Origin: Chiloscyllium plagiosum | Taxonomy: Eukaryota | Assembly (NCBI RefSeq): GCF_004010195.1 | Contig: NC_057710.1 | Location: forward strand, 60,048,153-60,112,152 | Direction: 5' to 3' | DNA: 64,000 bases | In this document: positions 1 through 13,671 of the stretch, piece after piece | How the letters are laid out: every line of letters begins with the position of its first letter | Position numbering within the stretch: the stretch's first letter is position 1 | Position numbers and translations under genes: made by a program | The notes under the pieces: generated by a model | Told to the model about the DNA's origin: nothing | What the model saw: the letters and a program-made list of their open reading frames with translations, nothing else | The model's database searches: none

Positions 1-50
1 GGGGGTGGGTGTGTGGGGGGTGGGTGTGGGGATTTTGGGAGGGGTGGTGC
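1..50 (+). repeat. G-rich low-complexity tract (potential G-quadruplex)
   Basis: Several runs of GGG to GGGGGG separated by short GT spacers. Confidence 0.5.
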
Positions 51-812
51 AAAGGGCATTACCAACTGAGCTGTATAAATGGCATGCGTTTCCTTTGTTC
101 TGGGCCTCTGACTCGACTTCGCACACCTACGAAGAGTGTCAAAGGGGTCACGTAGCATGTACAGACTTTAATGATCTTTAACTAGTTGCAGAATTGGTGT
201 GAGCAAACTGCCTCATGTCTGTGAAACCTCAGGAAAAGAACCTAACTAAATAGCCATGGTTGTGCGTTCAGGTCACCAGGTCAGAGGTTGAGAGTTCAAA
301 TCCAACTTCAAAGGCAAGAGTTTGGACAACTAACAACTTGGACAACTAAAGTTAGCACTAGCAGGCTTGAGACACCAAATTGCATTGCAATAGATTTGAT
401 GATTAATATCACAGATGGGTGTTAATACGTTTGGTAAGACAAATTAAACTGAGTCAACTTCCACCACATCTATCAACTCTTAACCATCAGCAAAATGAGA
501 GGGGTATTACTGGTGGTGCTATTAAGAAGATTGGTTACTGACACTCTTGACCAAAAGTTTTGGTCTAAAAGCAGACAAAAGGATTGAATTTCAAGAATGA
601 CTAACCTTGACATTAAACAGTATGGGATTAAGGAACTGCAGCAAACCTGAAATAAATAGAAATCGGGGAAAACTCCCATAGTCCAGGTTTATATTTGGTA
701 AAAGGAAGATGGATGTGGTTGCCAGAGATCAATCATTTCAGCATCTTGATTTTACTACAGAACTTCTCAGGTTAATGTCCTAGGTCAACCGTTTTCAGTT
801 ACTTCATCAGTG

Positions 813-1763
813 GTGGCCTCCAAGAATGTGTTCTTAGCCCTCTACTGTACTCCCTGTACACCCATGACTGCACAGCCAAATTCCGTATGAACGCCATCTA
901 CAATTCTGCTGACATCACCACCATTGTAGGCTGGATATCATATAATGATGAGGCAGAATATAGGAAGGAGGTAGAACGCTTGGTATCATAGAACATGGTG
1001 TAATGATAACAATCTCCCTCTCAATGTCAACAAAACAAAACAATTGATCATTCACTTCAGGGAGAGGAGGACGACATGCCCCTATCTACATCAATGAAGC
1101 TGAGGTGGAGAGGTTCGAGAGCATCAAGTTCCTAGCAATGACAATAACCAACAATCTGTCCTGGGCTTCCCACATAGATGTGATGGTCAAGAGGCACAAC
1201 AATGCTCCTTCTTCCTCAGGTGGCTTAGGAAATTCGGCATGTCCATAAGGACCCTGACCAATGTTTATTGATGCACCAAAGAAAGCATTCTATTAGGGTG
1301 CAAAACTGCATGGCACAGCAACTACTCTGCCTAGGACTGTAAGAAACTACAGAAAGTTATGTGCACAGCCCAGACCATCACAGAAGCCAATCTCGCATCC
1401 GTGGACTCCATTTATACTTCTCGTTGCTGCGGAAAGTCTGCCAAAGACACCTCCCACCCATGACACACACTCTTCTAATCTCTTACATCAGGTAGAAGTT
1501 ACACAAGCTTGAACACATGCACAAACAGGTTCACCAACAGCTTCCTCCCTGCTGTTCGACTGCTGAATGGACCTCTCTAATTTCAAACTAATGTTGATCT
1601 TGCTTTGTGCACCTCCTGTACAGCCATAGTCTTGTCTTGTATGCCTCGCTCAAAGCATCCTATGATCGGTCTGTCCTTGCTGTGATCTGTCTCTACTACT
1701 TACAAAACAAAACTTTTCATTGTACTTAGGTACATGTGCCAATAATGAATCAAATCAAATCAA
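813..1763 (+). mobile_element. Rex1/Babar-type LINE, 5'-truncated
   Basis: QECVLSPLLYSLYTHDC...NAIYNSADITTIVG RT motifs and an (AATCA)n tail. Interrupts an older LINE fragment (~700-812, resuming ~1761). Confidence 0.8.
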
Positions 1764-2719
1764 TTACTTTCTCCCCTTCATAAGGGGAGAGGAGAACAAG
1801 ATAGGACACCCTTAAAACTGACCCCAATGGTTCCTAAGCAGTCTTTTTGAATAAGCAATCCCAGACTCTGCAAATAATTAATCCTCACCACTGGTTTGTA
1901 GTTTAAACAAAAGGCTCAGCAATTTATTCACACTAAAATAACTTAAGTACAGCAAAACTAAACAAGTTATCTAATTGGTTTAAGTTTTAAATCCAAAAAC
2001 CTTTGTTTTCAGCTCCAATCACGCAGGAGACCAGACAGTCAGCAAACACAGTTAAGGGATAAATAAAATAACAAAACTGGTCAGATTACTTAATAGTTTT
2101 CATGATGTATTGTTCTACAGACAGATGATTTTCTGAAGATCCTGGTCAGGGTCACCTTTTCAGTTCTCAGATAAAGGCAATAACACTTATAACTTAGTTT
2201 TCTATTCTCTGAACTCTGAGATAAGGGTGGTGAGAGAGGGAGTCCATAAATCTTCTTGCTGCAGGCTCAACAGCTGGAATCCTTTTCACAGAAAACAGTC
2301 CAAAACCCAATTGAAACTCTGACCACTCTGGCAACTCCTCCATGGACTCCCACTTACCATTAACTATCAGCCATCTGCTTGAGCATCAGATCTTTTCCAA
2401 CAGGCCAGCACCAAATCCCAGGTACTGACTTCTTTAATAAAGAACTTCTGCTATGTGTTTAAGCATTATGCTCTTCCTCTGTAACGAACCATCTGCATTA
2501 CTTTTTGATCAGGAACCAACCTACAGGTAACTTCCAGACCTGGCATCACCAAGAAACATAAGCTTCTTTGGTCCGTTTTCTTTTTAACACAAGCTGTTAC
2601 ACACAATCTTTAGCTCACAACTTTCAGTTCATAGATCTAAACCAAAATTGATAAAAAGTACAAAAAAAACCGAAAAATCAAGGACACTAACAGTGTCCAA
2701 TTCATTGAAGGCTATTGTG

Positions 2720-3975
2720 TATGTGCAGCTAGCTGTCAGTAAAGTTAATGGAATGTTAAGCCTCAACTGCAAGAGGATTTGAGCCAAGGAGTAGTGAACG
2801 TTTGCTTCAGTTGTATAGGAGCTTGGTTTGACCACACCCGGTGTATTTTTTGCAGTTTTGGTCTCTATCCTAAGAAAGGTATCATTGTAGTAGATGGAGT
2901 GGAATGAAGGTTCACCAGACTGTTACCTGGAATGGTGGGACCATACTATTGAGAGATTGCACCCACTGGGCCTGCATTCTCTAGAATTTCGAAGAGAAAG
3001 AGGAGTTCTCATTGAAACTTATCAAGTACACAAAGGATAGACATGGTAGATTGCACGTAAGATGTTTTCCCTGTTAGGGAGTCCATAACCATGGGGAACA
3101 ATTTAAATATAAGGGGAATGCAAATGTAACTTACTAATCAAGAACCTACCTATCTCTTAAATATACTCAATGACTTCTGCAGCCTTCTGTGGCAATGAGT
3201 TCCACAGGTTCACCATCCTCTGGCTGAAGAAATTTCTCCTTATTCCAGTTCCTAAAGGATGGTCCCTTCACTCTGAGGCTGTGCCCTTGGCTTCCATTCT
3301 CTCCTTGGAGTGGACACATCTTCTCCACTTGCACTCTATCTAAGCCTCTCAGTATTCTGTCAATTTCTGAAAAAAAAAACTAGCTTGATTGAACTTTCTA
3401 CGAGGTGATGAAGGTGATTGATGACGGTACAGTAGTGGATGTTGTGTACATGGAGTTTAGTAAGGTTTTCAACAAGATCCGTTATGGTAGGCTCAACAGA
3501 AAATTAAGATGCATGGAATACAGTGTGACTTGGCTGCTTGGATTCAGAATTGGCTTGCCCATAAAAGACAGAGGGTATTGGTGGAAGGGTGTTTTTTTTG
3601 GCTGGAGGTGCGTGACTAGAGGCGTCGCAGGGATCTATACTGGGACCTCTGCTAAATGACTTGAATGAAAAAGTAGATGGGTGGGTTAGTAAGTTTGCAG
3701 ATAATATAAAGATTAGTGGACTTGTGGATGGTGTAAAAGGTCATCAAAGCATGCAGTGGGATATAGATCAGATACAGATGTGGGCAGAGAAATGGCAGAT
3801 GGAGTTTAATCCATTTAAGTGTAGGGTGCTAAACTTTGGAAGATCAAATGTTAAGGAAAGTACACAGTTAATGTCAGGACCCTGAACAGCATTAGTCTAG
3901 AGATTTTGGAGAGGATGCAGAAGAGATTTATCAGGATTAGAGGGTATGAGCTATAAAGAGAGGTGAGAAAGAGCA
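2720..3975. mobile_element. Cluster of CR1 LINE fragments (+ 2720-3120, - 3130-3365, + 3380-3975)
   Basis: RT motifs VDVVYMEFSKVF, SKFADN and WAEKWQMEFN in ORFs 3405-3885. The 3130-3365 segment is a reverse-strand CR1 3' part. Confidence 0.75.
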
Positions 3976-4039
3976 AAGTCCCCTCATCCTATTTCATGTA
4001 CATGAACTTTAGTGTCAACCTATTCCCTAACACTACCAC

Positions 4040-4217
4040 TTAAAAGCCCCCATAGCTTGACCAGACTACAAGATTGCTCTCTCATTAAAGACTGATCGCG
4101 GTCACCACATCTCAGGCAAGGAGAAAGGTTGAGGAGAAGAGTCCTTCAATGATAACCTTAGCTGGTTGGCATCACTCTGCATTGCAAATCAGCCATCCAG
4201 CCAAGCTAAATGACTCC
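4040..4217 (-). mobile_element. tRNA-derived SINE fragment (second copy ~32905-33050)
   Basis: The two loci share GGTCACCACA.CTCAGGCAAG...GGTTGAGG...TAACCT.AGC. The minus-strand start resembles a Pol III head. Confidence 0.55.
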
Positions 4218-4839
4218 AACTATTCAAATACAGAGAAACTAACCTTTAGCATTAAATCTTTTAAGTTTGACATAGGTGATACTTCTCAATTCTTACCAAT
4301 CTTCCGACATGAATACTAACAAAACTGAATACTTAGCACAGACTTTCTCAGCTTCTCAATAACCTGCAGACAGCCAATCTTGAGTGTATGATTGGTCTAG
4401 CAGCTGCAGATACTAAAATTTTCCTGAGGTAACTCTTTCCCTCAAATGTTCTATACTTTTTAAGGAGAGAATCTATATTTGCTTCTACCTCCAGTCAGAT
4501 CTCTTCTAAACTGCCCAAAGACTTTGCTCTGCTAAAATCAATCCTTGATTATCCCTGACCAAAAGCTTTCAAAGCTATACTTCTGTCATAAATCAGCACA
4601 GTACAAATAATCTTCCATTAACACTCCAGAGGGTTCTGTTCTGACACAGACTGGTTGAGGTTATTGTTCCAGACATATTGTCTTACCTGGTTATATTTTC
4701 AAACCTTTCAGTAAACTAGCTCACCCTAACTGGCACTGTGCAAAAATCCCAAGTTGCAAAATGATATTAATTTGTACATAAAAAACAAATAAATCAGATG
4801 CATACAGTGTACTGATAAATCACTAACTTATTATACAGG

Positions 4840-5225
4840 TTTAGCAATTGATTGGGAAGGCAATTAGAATATTTGTTGTTTAGTGCAAGCAAAACAGAAC
4901 ATAAGAATCGGGATATTTTGTTACAATTGTAAAATGCAATGGTGAACCCACATCTGGAATACTGTGTATAGACGTTCTCCTTATTTAAGGAAGGATTAAA
5001 AGATGTTAGGAGGAATTCAGAGATGGTTGACTCAACTGATGTTGTGGGTTGGGTGGCGGGGGAGGGGGGCATATAGTTTAAAAATAACGGACATAAGATC
5101 GATAGGAGGGAAAAATATTTTTCAGAAGGTTGAGTGTTAGGAACTCTCTTGTCCCCAGAAAGCAGTGCAGGCAAGCTCATGGAAAACTTTTAAGGCAGAT
5201 TTGGATAGATTCTTGACCAACCATG
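4840..5225 (+). mobile_element. Degraded CR1 3' fragment
   Basis: LQLxNAMVNPHLEYCV-type RT C-terminal motif. Confidence 0.65.
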
Positions 5226-5299
5226 AATCGCAGGACACGAGTCAATTATGACCACACCAGCTCCCCAGTGAGCAATTTGACTTAGTATCAGTCTTAAGA

Positions 5300-7690
5300 G
5301 TCACAATCATACAGCACAGAAACAGGCTCTTTGATCCAATTCATCCAAGCCGACCAGTTTCCAAATTGAAGTGGTCCCAGTTGGCTAAGTTTGGTCCATA
5401 TCCCTCCAAACCTTTCCTTTCCATGGACTTGTCCAAACGTTTTTTAAGTGTTGCAACTGTACTCACCGCTACCACTTCCTGAGGCAGTACCATCCTGGTT
5501 GAAAAAGTTGCTTCTCAGGCCCCTTTTAAATCTTTTCCCTCTTACCTTAAACCTATCCCCTTGAGTTTTGGACTCCCTAGCCTGGAGTAAAGACCTTGGC
5601 AATTCAATCTATCTATGCCAGCCATGATTTTATCAATCTTTATAAAGTCTCCCCCATTCCAAGGAATGAATTCCCAGCCTATTCAGCCTCTCCTTATAAC
5701 TCAAACCTTCCAGTCAGTAACATTCTTGTAAAATCTTTGCTGCTCCCTTTCCAGTTTAATAACATCTTTCCTATAACAGGGCGACCACAGTTGTTTGCAG
5801 TATTTCAAATGTGGTCTTACCACTGTCTTGTAAAGATGCAACAGGTCATCTCAACTCTGGTCCTCAACATTTTGATCAATTAAGGAAACTGTGCCAAAAG
5901 CCTTTATCAAACCTGTCGACTAGTGATTACCACTTCCAAGGCACTATGCATGTGCATCCCTAGGTCACTGTTTAACAACACTCCCCAGGGTTCTGTCATT
6001 ATCTCGGACCCTGATCTGCCTTACCAAAATGCAACACCTCACATTTATCTAAATTAAATATCCGAATTCAACTCCATCTGCCATTTCTCAGCCCACTGAC
6101 CCAGTTGATCAAGATCCTGTGTACATTGTGATAATCTTCTTCACTGTTCATTCTATCATCAATTTTGGTGCAATCTGCAAACTTACTACCCATGTCTCAT
6201 CTACTCTCATCCATGGGATATCTGGTCAGCATGGACGAGTTGGACTGAAGGGTCTGTTTCCGTGCTGTACGACTGACGTTAACATCAAAAAAAGTGGACA
6301 CAGCACTAGTCACAGGCCTCCAGTCTGAACAACCCACCTTTTGTTCACCACCATCAAGTCAACTTTATATCCAATTCGCGATCTCTCCCTGGATCTCATG
6401 TGATCTAACCTTACTAACCAGTCTGCCATGTGGAACCTTGTTGAAGGTATTGCAGAAGTCCATGTAGACAATGTCTACTGCTCTGCCTTCATCAGTCTTC
6501 TTTGTCACCTCTTGAAAAAAACTCAATCAAATTTGAGAGACAATTTCTCACGCAAAAAGCCAGGCTAATTATCCTTAATCAGTCTTTGCCTTTCCAATGC
6601 ATGTAGATCCTGACCCTTACAATCCCCTCCAACAACCTACCCATGAATTACGTGAGGCTCACCAGTCTGTTGGTCCCTGACTTTTCCTTGAAGCCTTCCT
6701 TAAATAATGGCACAATATTTGCCACCCTCCAGTCTTCCTACACCTCACCATGGCTGTCGATAAAGATCTCTGCTAGAGGTCCCACAATTTCTTTCCTAGC
6801 TTCACACAAAGATTTGGATACACTTGAAGAGGTCCTGGGAATTTACCCATCTTTATGCATTTTAAGACCTCCAGCACCTCCTCTTCTGTAATGTGGATTC
6901 TTTTCAAGATATCACTATTTATTTTCCCCGAACTTTCATATCTTTCTCTACGGTAAATAGTGATGTGAAATTTTCATTTAGGATCTCACCGCTCTCCTGT
7001 GGTCCCACATATAAATGGCCTTGTTGATCTTTAAGGGACCCTATTCTCTCTCTCACTATTCTTTTGCCCTTAATATACTCCTTGGATTCTCCATAGCTCT
7101 GGCAGATAAGGTTCTCATGTCCCATTTAATGCCCTAATTTCCCTCTTAACTGTACTCCTATATCCCCTCAGCTGAAGAGATTCATTTGATCCCAACTGTC
7201 AACACCTGCTACAGGTCTCCTTTTTCTTAACCAGAGCCTCAATACCTTTAGTCTTCCAGTGTTTCCTACTGCAGCCAGCTTTGCCATTCACACTAAGAGG
7301 AACATGCCATCCCAGAATTCGTTATCTTGCTTTGAAAGCCTCCCACATACCAGATGTTCCTTTACCTGCAAACAGCCTCCCCCAAACGACTTTTGAAAGT
7401 TCCTATCTAATACCAACAAAATTGCCCTTGCCCCAATAAATTTGTGGACCAGGCCTATCCTTTTCCATAGCTATGTTAAAACTAATAGAATTATGGACAC
7501 TGGACCCAAAGTGCTCTTACTAACATCTCTTATTAACTTCCCCTGTCTTATTTCCCAATAGAAGATCCAGTTTTGCCTCTTCTCTAGTAGGGCTATCTAT
7601 ATGTGGATTGAGAAAGTTTTCTTGAACACATTTCACAGATTTCTTTCTATATCCAAGCCCTTAACACTATAGCAGTCCCAGTCTGTTTGG
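5300..7690 (-). mobile_element. CR1 (HER1-like) LINE ORF2, degraded
   Basis: Reverse complement is colinear with the + strand CR1 at 49635-52695 (e.g. YIKGKRIVRERIGSLKDQQG). A short + strand CR1 3' tip is nested at ~6215-6277. Confidence 0.85.
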
Positions 7691-8619
7691 TCTATATTCA
7701 CCTGACTTTTCCCTACACCCTTGCACATTGTTTCAATGTTTATAATAAGGCAATATCCTCTTAAATACCTGAATTGACTCTGCTTCCGCCACCATTCCAC
7801 TCAGTACATTCAAGACCCCAAGTGTTTCTTCTCCTATCATGCTTGTTACATTTGCAAATCTCCAATTCTGTACTCTCTCAATCACAAGTCTTTTACAAGT
7901 AAGAGCAGCTTCTCTCTATCTCATGTTTTGAAAACTTCTAGCAAATCGTCATGAAGCGTCCTTCTCTCTGAGAAGTCCCACGCTATCTATCTTCACAAAT
8001 GAAGTTCCACATCCCTGAACCACTCTTGAAAACCTAATCGCAATCTTTTCAACGTGTTCACATCCTTCCTATAATGAGGCACATAAAACTATACGCAATA
8101 TCATAGTGCAACCAGCAGTTGACTGGGACTAAATAAAACTATAAGAGTGAGGGATGCTGTGAATCAAATGAAAACAAATTTCTGGAAAAGCTCAGCAAGT
8201 CTGGCAGCATCAGTGGAGATAAATCAGAGTTAATGTTTCTCGTTGAGTGACCCTTCCTCAGAACAGTTCCCTAAATTGTTCTCAACTGCAGAAATGAGCG
8301 CTCTGGATTTCAAAGCTGAAGCAGTAGCTGGTGTCACTGTGGAACAATTGAGAGGATGTGAATTGCATGGAAAGCATGTTTCAGGAGGTGGTCACACTGC
8401 AGCTCAAGGAACCAGAGGAACAGAACAGAATGGATGACCACCAGCCGGTCAAGGAGCAGGGTTCCCACTCTCAAATCAGTTTTGCATTTTGGAAGCTAAG
8501 GAGGGTGCACATACCTTCAGCAAGTGCAGACAGTCCCAAGCTTTCATCATTACAAGCAGCCTTCCTGTACAGGAGGGGGAAGAAGAAAGGAGGACTGATA
8601 GTGAGGACACTGAGTTGAT

Positions 8620-10655
8620 TGAAGTAGTTTGTTTGCAGGCAAAGGGACGTCTGACAAGATAGCTAGAGTTCAAGGTCTATATGTTCCTGTGAGGTGAAGG
8701 GAAAGGCTGGCAGGAATAGGGAACCCTGGATGACAACAGATATTGAGGCTTTGAGCAGAAAAGAGGAGGAGGCGTGGCTCAGGTACAGGCAGCTGGGATC
8801 AAGGGAGTACCTGGAGGTAACCAGGGAATACAGGAGTTTACTGAAAGAGGAAATCAGGAGGGTGAAAAGGGGGCACTAAATAGCCTTGGCTGAGGGATTA
8901 GGGTGAATCCAAAGAGGCACTTTAAGTATATTAAAGGAAAATGAATAACGAGCGAGAATAGGACCTCTCAAAAGACCATTCTCCACTGTATTTCTCCTTT
9001 GTGTTACAGTGGAGAAAGACATGAAGACTTTGGAACTTGGCAAAGTTAGTGGTGCTATCTAGGGAACTGTCCATATCACAGTAGAGGTGGTGTTGCATAT
9101 ATTAGAATGTATGGAGGTGGATAATCTCCTGGCCCTGACCAGATATGTACAAGAACACTGCAAGAAGCTAGCAAAGAAATTGCAGAGGCCCTGGCTGATA
9201 AGTTTGCATCATCGTTAGCCACAGGTGAGGTCCTGGAAGACTGGAGGGCAGCAAATATTGTGCCATAATTCAAGAAGGCTGTTAAGAAAAGTCTGTGAAC
9301 TATAGACCAGTCAGCCAAACATCTGTGGTGGGTAAGTTAGATAAGAGATTCTGAGATAAAGATATAAATGCATTTGGAAAGACAGGTGTGATTAGGAGTA
9401 GTCAGCATGGCTTTGTTAGTGGGAGATCATGCCTGAAAAATTTGTTCGAGTTCTTTGAACAAGTGACCAGGAAGGTTGATGAGGGCAGGGTGGTAGACAG
9501 AGTCAAGATGGATGTTAGTAAGGTCCCACATAGGAGGTTGCTCTGGAAGGTTAGATGGCATGGAGTCCAAGGCGAGCTGGCAAATTGGATACAAAATTGG
9601 CTTGACAGTAGGAAGCAGAGGGAAGGATGCTTGTTGGACTAGAAGACTGTGACTAGTGGAGTGCGTCAAAAGGTCTATGCTGGGCCCATTACTATTTGTT
9701 TTCTATATCAATGATTTGGATGAGAATGTACAAGGCATGATTAGTACGTTTGCTGATGACACTAAAACTGACGGTATTGTGGACAGTGAGCAAGATTATC
9801 AGAAATTGCAGGAGGACTTTGATCAGCTGAAAAAGTGGGCAGAGAAATGGCAAATGGAATTTAATACAGCTAAGTGCGAAGTCTTGCATTTTGGAAAGTC
9901 AAATCAAGGTAGGAGTTTCATGGAGCATGAAATGGCCTTAAGGAGTGTAGTAGAAGAGGGGGACCTTGGAGTTCAGGCTCATAGTTTTCTGAAAGTGGAG
10001 TCACAGGTGGACAGGACAGTGAAGAAGGCTTTTGACACACTAGCCTTCATCAGTCAGGGCACTGAGTTTAGAAGTTGGGAAGTTATGCTGCAGTTATACA
10101 TGACGTTGCTGAGGCCGCACTTGGAGTTTTGGTCACCTTGTTCTAGGAAGAATGTTATTAAACTGGAAAGAGTGCAGAAGGAATTTGCAAGGATGCTGCC
10201 TGGACTGAATGGTCTGAATTATAGGGAGGGGTTGGACAAATTAGGACTTTTTTTTTTCCTTACAGTATAGGAAACTGAGCGGGGGATATTATAGAGGTGT
10301 AGAAGATCATGAGAGACATGCATAGGGTGAACGCACTCTTTTTTTCCTCCCCAGGGTTGGGGAATCGAGGACTAGAGGGGATCAGTTTAAGGTTAGAGGG
10401 AAAAACATAAAAAGGGCAACTTTTTTTTTTAAACACAGAGGGTGGTACACATATGGAATGAGCTGCCAGAAGTGGTTGAGGTGGATACATTAACAACATT
10501 TACAAGGCATTTGGACAAATACATGGATAGGAAAGGATTTGAAGGACATGGGCCAAATGCAGGAAATGGGGCTAAAATGGACGGACATTTTGGTTGGCAC
10601 AGACAAGTTAGGGCCAAAGGGCCTGTCTCTGCACTGGAGGACTCTGTGACTCTTT
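8620..10655 (+). mobile_element. CR1 LINE ORF2 (RT), inserted in an older CR1 ORF1
   Basis: SQHGFVSGRSCL, LGPLLFVFYINDL, FADDTK, WAEKWQMEFN, LRPHLE, and a GACTCT-type 3' tail. Confidence 0.9.
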
Positions 10656-10659
10656 GACC

Positions 10660-11090
10660 TGTAAGGGGAACAGAGAGAGGTTTTTGTAGCCACATAAGAG
10701 TCTCCAGGAGAGTGTGTTCCCTGCCAGGGTCAGAAATGCCACCGATCAGCTGCAGTCCATCTGAAGAGGGAAAACTATGAGAGTGCGTGGCGCGAGACAG
10801 TGTGGTCATGGTACACATTGGCACCAACAATAGAGGTAGAACAAGGGAGAAGGTAATGCAGCAAGAATTTAGGAAGCTAGGAAGGAGACTAAAGAACAGG
10901 ACCTCAAAGGCTGTAATCTCTGGATTACTCCAGGTGAATGAGTACAGAAATAAGAAAAAAGGGGAGATGAATGTGTGGCTCAAGACTTGGTGCAGGAAGG
11001 AGGGATTTAGATTCATGCATCACTGTCAAAACTTTCTCAGGAAAATTTTGACAGTCTACATCTGAACCAGAATGAGATCTACATCCTTGC
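10660..11090 (+). mobile_element. CR1 ORF1 SGNH-esterase fragment (host element also at ~8280-8615, 13470-13680, 14720-14810)
   Basis: VVMVHIGTNN...VISGLL...MNVWLKTWCRKEGFRF is typical of vertebrate CR1 ORF1. Downstream pieces carry endonuclease motifs (GDFNFP, LDLIL). Confidence 0.75.
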
Positions 11091-11096
11091 TGGTCA

Positions 11097-11468
11097 TACA
11101 CATAGCATGGAAATAGACCTGGTCCAACTAGTCTATGCCAACCATGTTCCCAAACTAAACTAGCCCCACTTGCCTGGGGTTGGTCCATAACTCTCCAAAA
11201 ATTTCCTATTCATAAACTTATCCAAAGGTCTTTTAAAAGTTATACCTGTATGTGCATCCACCACTTTCTCTGACAATTTATCCTACACACGAATCACCAT
11301 GTTAAAAGAAAAGTTGTTCCTCATGCCTTTTTCAAACTTTTTCCTCTCACCTTAAAAATATGTCCTCTAGTTTTGAACATCCTCACCCCAGGGAAAAGAC
11401 CCCTTTCATTCACCTTATCTATGCCCCTCACGATTTTATAAACCTCACTAAGGTCACCTCACAACCTC
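11097..11468 (-). mobile_element. CR1 3' end
   Basis: Reverse complement of the CR1 3' terminus seen at ~52300-52695. Confidence 0.8.
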
Positions 11469-11469
11469 G

Positions 11470-13120
11470 CATCAGTATTTACTGTGGAGGAGATGGAAAC
11501 TACAGAACTTGGAGAAATAAATAGTGATATTTTGAAAAGTGTCCATATTACAGAGGTGCTGGTGCTGGACAACTTAAAATGCATAAAAGGTGGATAAGCC
11601 CAAGGGACCTCATCAGGTGTATCCCAGAACATTGTGGGAATTTAGGGAAGTGATTTATGGGTCCCTTATTGAGATTCTTGTATCATCAATAGCTACTGGT
11701 GCCAGAAGATTGGAGAGTGGCTAACATGGCACCCTTATTTAAGGAAAGGCCAGGGAACAACTAAGCCTGATATCAACGGTGGCTAAGTAACTGGAGGGGA
11801 TTCTGAGGGAAAGGATTTACATATATTTTTGGAAAGATAAAGACTGATTAGGGATGGCTGTCTTAATCATGAACTTGATTACGTTTTATTGAAGTGACAA
11901 AGATGACCAAAGGTAGTAGAGTGGTGGAAATTGTCTACATGGACTTCAGTAAGGCATTCAACAAGGTTCCACATGGTAGACTGGTTAAAAAGGTTAGATC
12001 ACATGGCATCCAGGGAGAGCTAGCCAATTGGATACAAAAGTGACTTGAAGGTGGGAGACTGAGGGTAATGGTGAACGGTTGTTTTCAGACTGGAGGCCTG
12101 TGGCCAGCGGTGTGCCACAAGGATCGGTGCTGGGTCCACTGCTTTTTGTCATTTGTATAAATAACTTGGATGTGAACATAGAAGAAATGGTTAATAACTT
12201 TGCAGATGAGGAGAAAGTGAGGGCTGCAGATGCTGGAGATCAGAGCTGAAAATGTGTTGCTGGAAAAGCACAGCAGGTCAGGCAGCATCCAAGGAACAGG
12301 AGAATCGACGTTTCGGGTATAAGCCCATTCCTGAAGAAGGGCTTATGCCCGAAACATCGATTCTCCTGTTCCTTGGATGCTGCCTGACCTGCTGCGCTTT
12401 TCCAGCAACACATTTTCAACTTTGCAGATGATACCTAAATTGGTGGCATAGTGGACAGTGAAAATGGTTACCTCAGAATACAACGGTACCTTGATTAGAT
12501 AGGCCAAAAGGTGGCAGACGGTGCTTAATTTAGATAAATGCGAGGTGTTGCATTTTGGTAAGGCAAATCAGGGCAGGACATTTACATTTAACGAAAGGGT
12601 CATATAGGGAGTGTTGCCAAACAAAGAGACATTAGGGTGCAGGTTTGTAGTTCCTTGAAGGTGGAGTCACAGGTAGACAGGGTAGTGAAGAATTCATTTG
12701 GCACACTGGCCTCTGTTGGCTATAGACTGAATAGGCAGGGGCTATTTTCCCTGCAGCATTGGAGGCTGAGAGGTGACCTTACAGAGGTTTATAAAATCAT
12801 GAGAGACATGAATAGCCAGGCTAAGGGAGTCCAAGACTAATAGGGATAGGTGAGAGGGAAGAGAAATAAAAGGGACCTGAGGGGCAACTTTTTCACACAG
12901 AGGCTGGTGCAGGTATGGAATGAGCTGCCAGAGGAAGTGGTGGAGACTGGTACAATAGCAACATTTAAAAGGCACCTGGATGGACATATGAATAAGAAGG
13001 GTTTAGAATGATATGGGTCAAATGCTCGCAAATGTTTCTAGATTAATTTAGGATATCTGGTCAGCATGGACAAGTTGGACCGAAGCGTCAGTTTCCGCAC
13101 TGTACGTCTCTATGACTCTA
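11470..13120 (+). mobile_element. CR1 LINE ORF2, 5'-truncated
   Basis: YMDFSKAFNKVPH, GVPQGSVLGPLLFV and FADD motifs, ending in CTCTATGACTCT. Confidence 0.88.
12210..12417. mobile_element. Fold-back Penelope-derived short element with hammerhead core
   Basis: Inverted arms and CTGAAGA-AGGGC-TTAT-GCCC-GAAA at 12331-12354. 14-bp TSD AACTTTGCAGATGA (12196-12209 / 12418-12431). Confidence 0.8.
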
Positions 13121-13129
13121 AGTGGAGAA

Positions 13130-13468
13130 CTCGGTTAGAACAGTAGTTCAGTGTTTAGTGCAGCTGCCTCACAGTGTAAGGGATCCAGTTCAACTCCAGG
13201 ATTGTGTGGGGTTGTCACATTCTCTGTCTGGGTGAGTTTCTGCCAAGTGCTTCCATTTCCTTCCACAGTCCAAAAGATGTGCAGGATAGTTGCATTGACC
13301 ATGCTAAATTACCCCATAGTGTCTAGGGTTGTGCAAATTGGGTGGATTGGCCATGGTAAAGGCAGGGTTACAGGGATTTGGGGTGGGCAGGGTGCTATTT
13401 GGACAGTTGGTGCAGACTCGATGGGCCAAATGGTCTCTTTCCCATACTGTGAAATTCTATGATTTTAT
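13130..13468 (+). mobile_element. HE1-type V-SINE, diverged
   Basis: tRNA-like head, V-domain remnant and CR1-like tail; similar to 59541-59865. Confidence 0.75.
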
Positions 13469-13671
13469 TAAAACAGGACAGTCATACTGCTGGTGATGTA
13501 CCATAGACTCTCAAACAGTCAGCAAGCAACAGGACAGCAGATATATAGACAATTCACGAAAGTGTGGAAAAACAATAACTGGGTAAATTATATTAGGGGG
13601 ATTTCAACTTTTCCAACATTATCTGCGATAGTTAGTGCAAATGGTTTGGAAAGCGAAGATTTCTTGAAGTT

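Noticed and set aside
12210..12417. Fold-back elements as DNA-transposon MITEs or miRNA genes
   Set aside because: Arms are asymmetric, single-arm copies exist, TSDs are 13-14 bp and the sequence equals the Penelope 3' terminal repeat (60330-60510).
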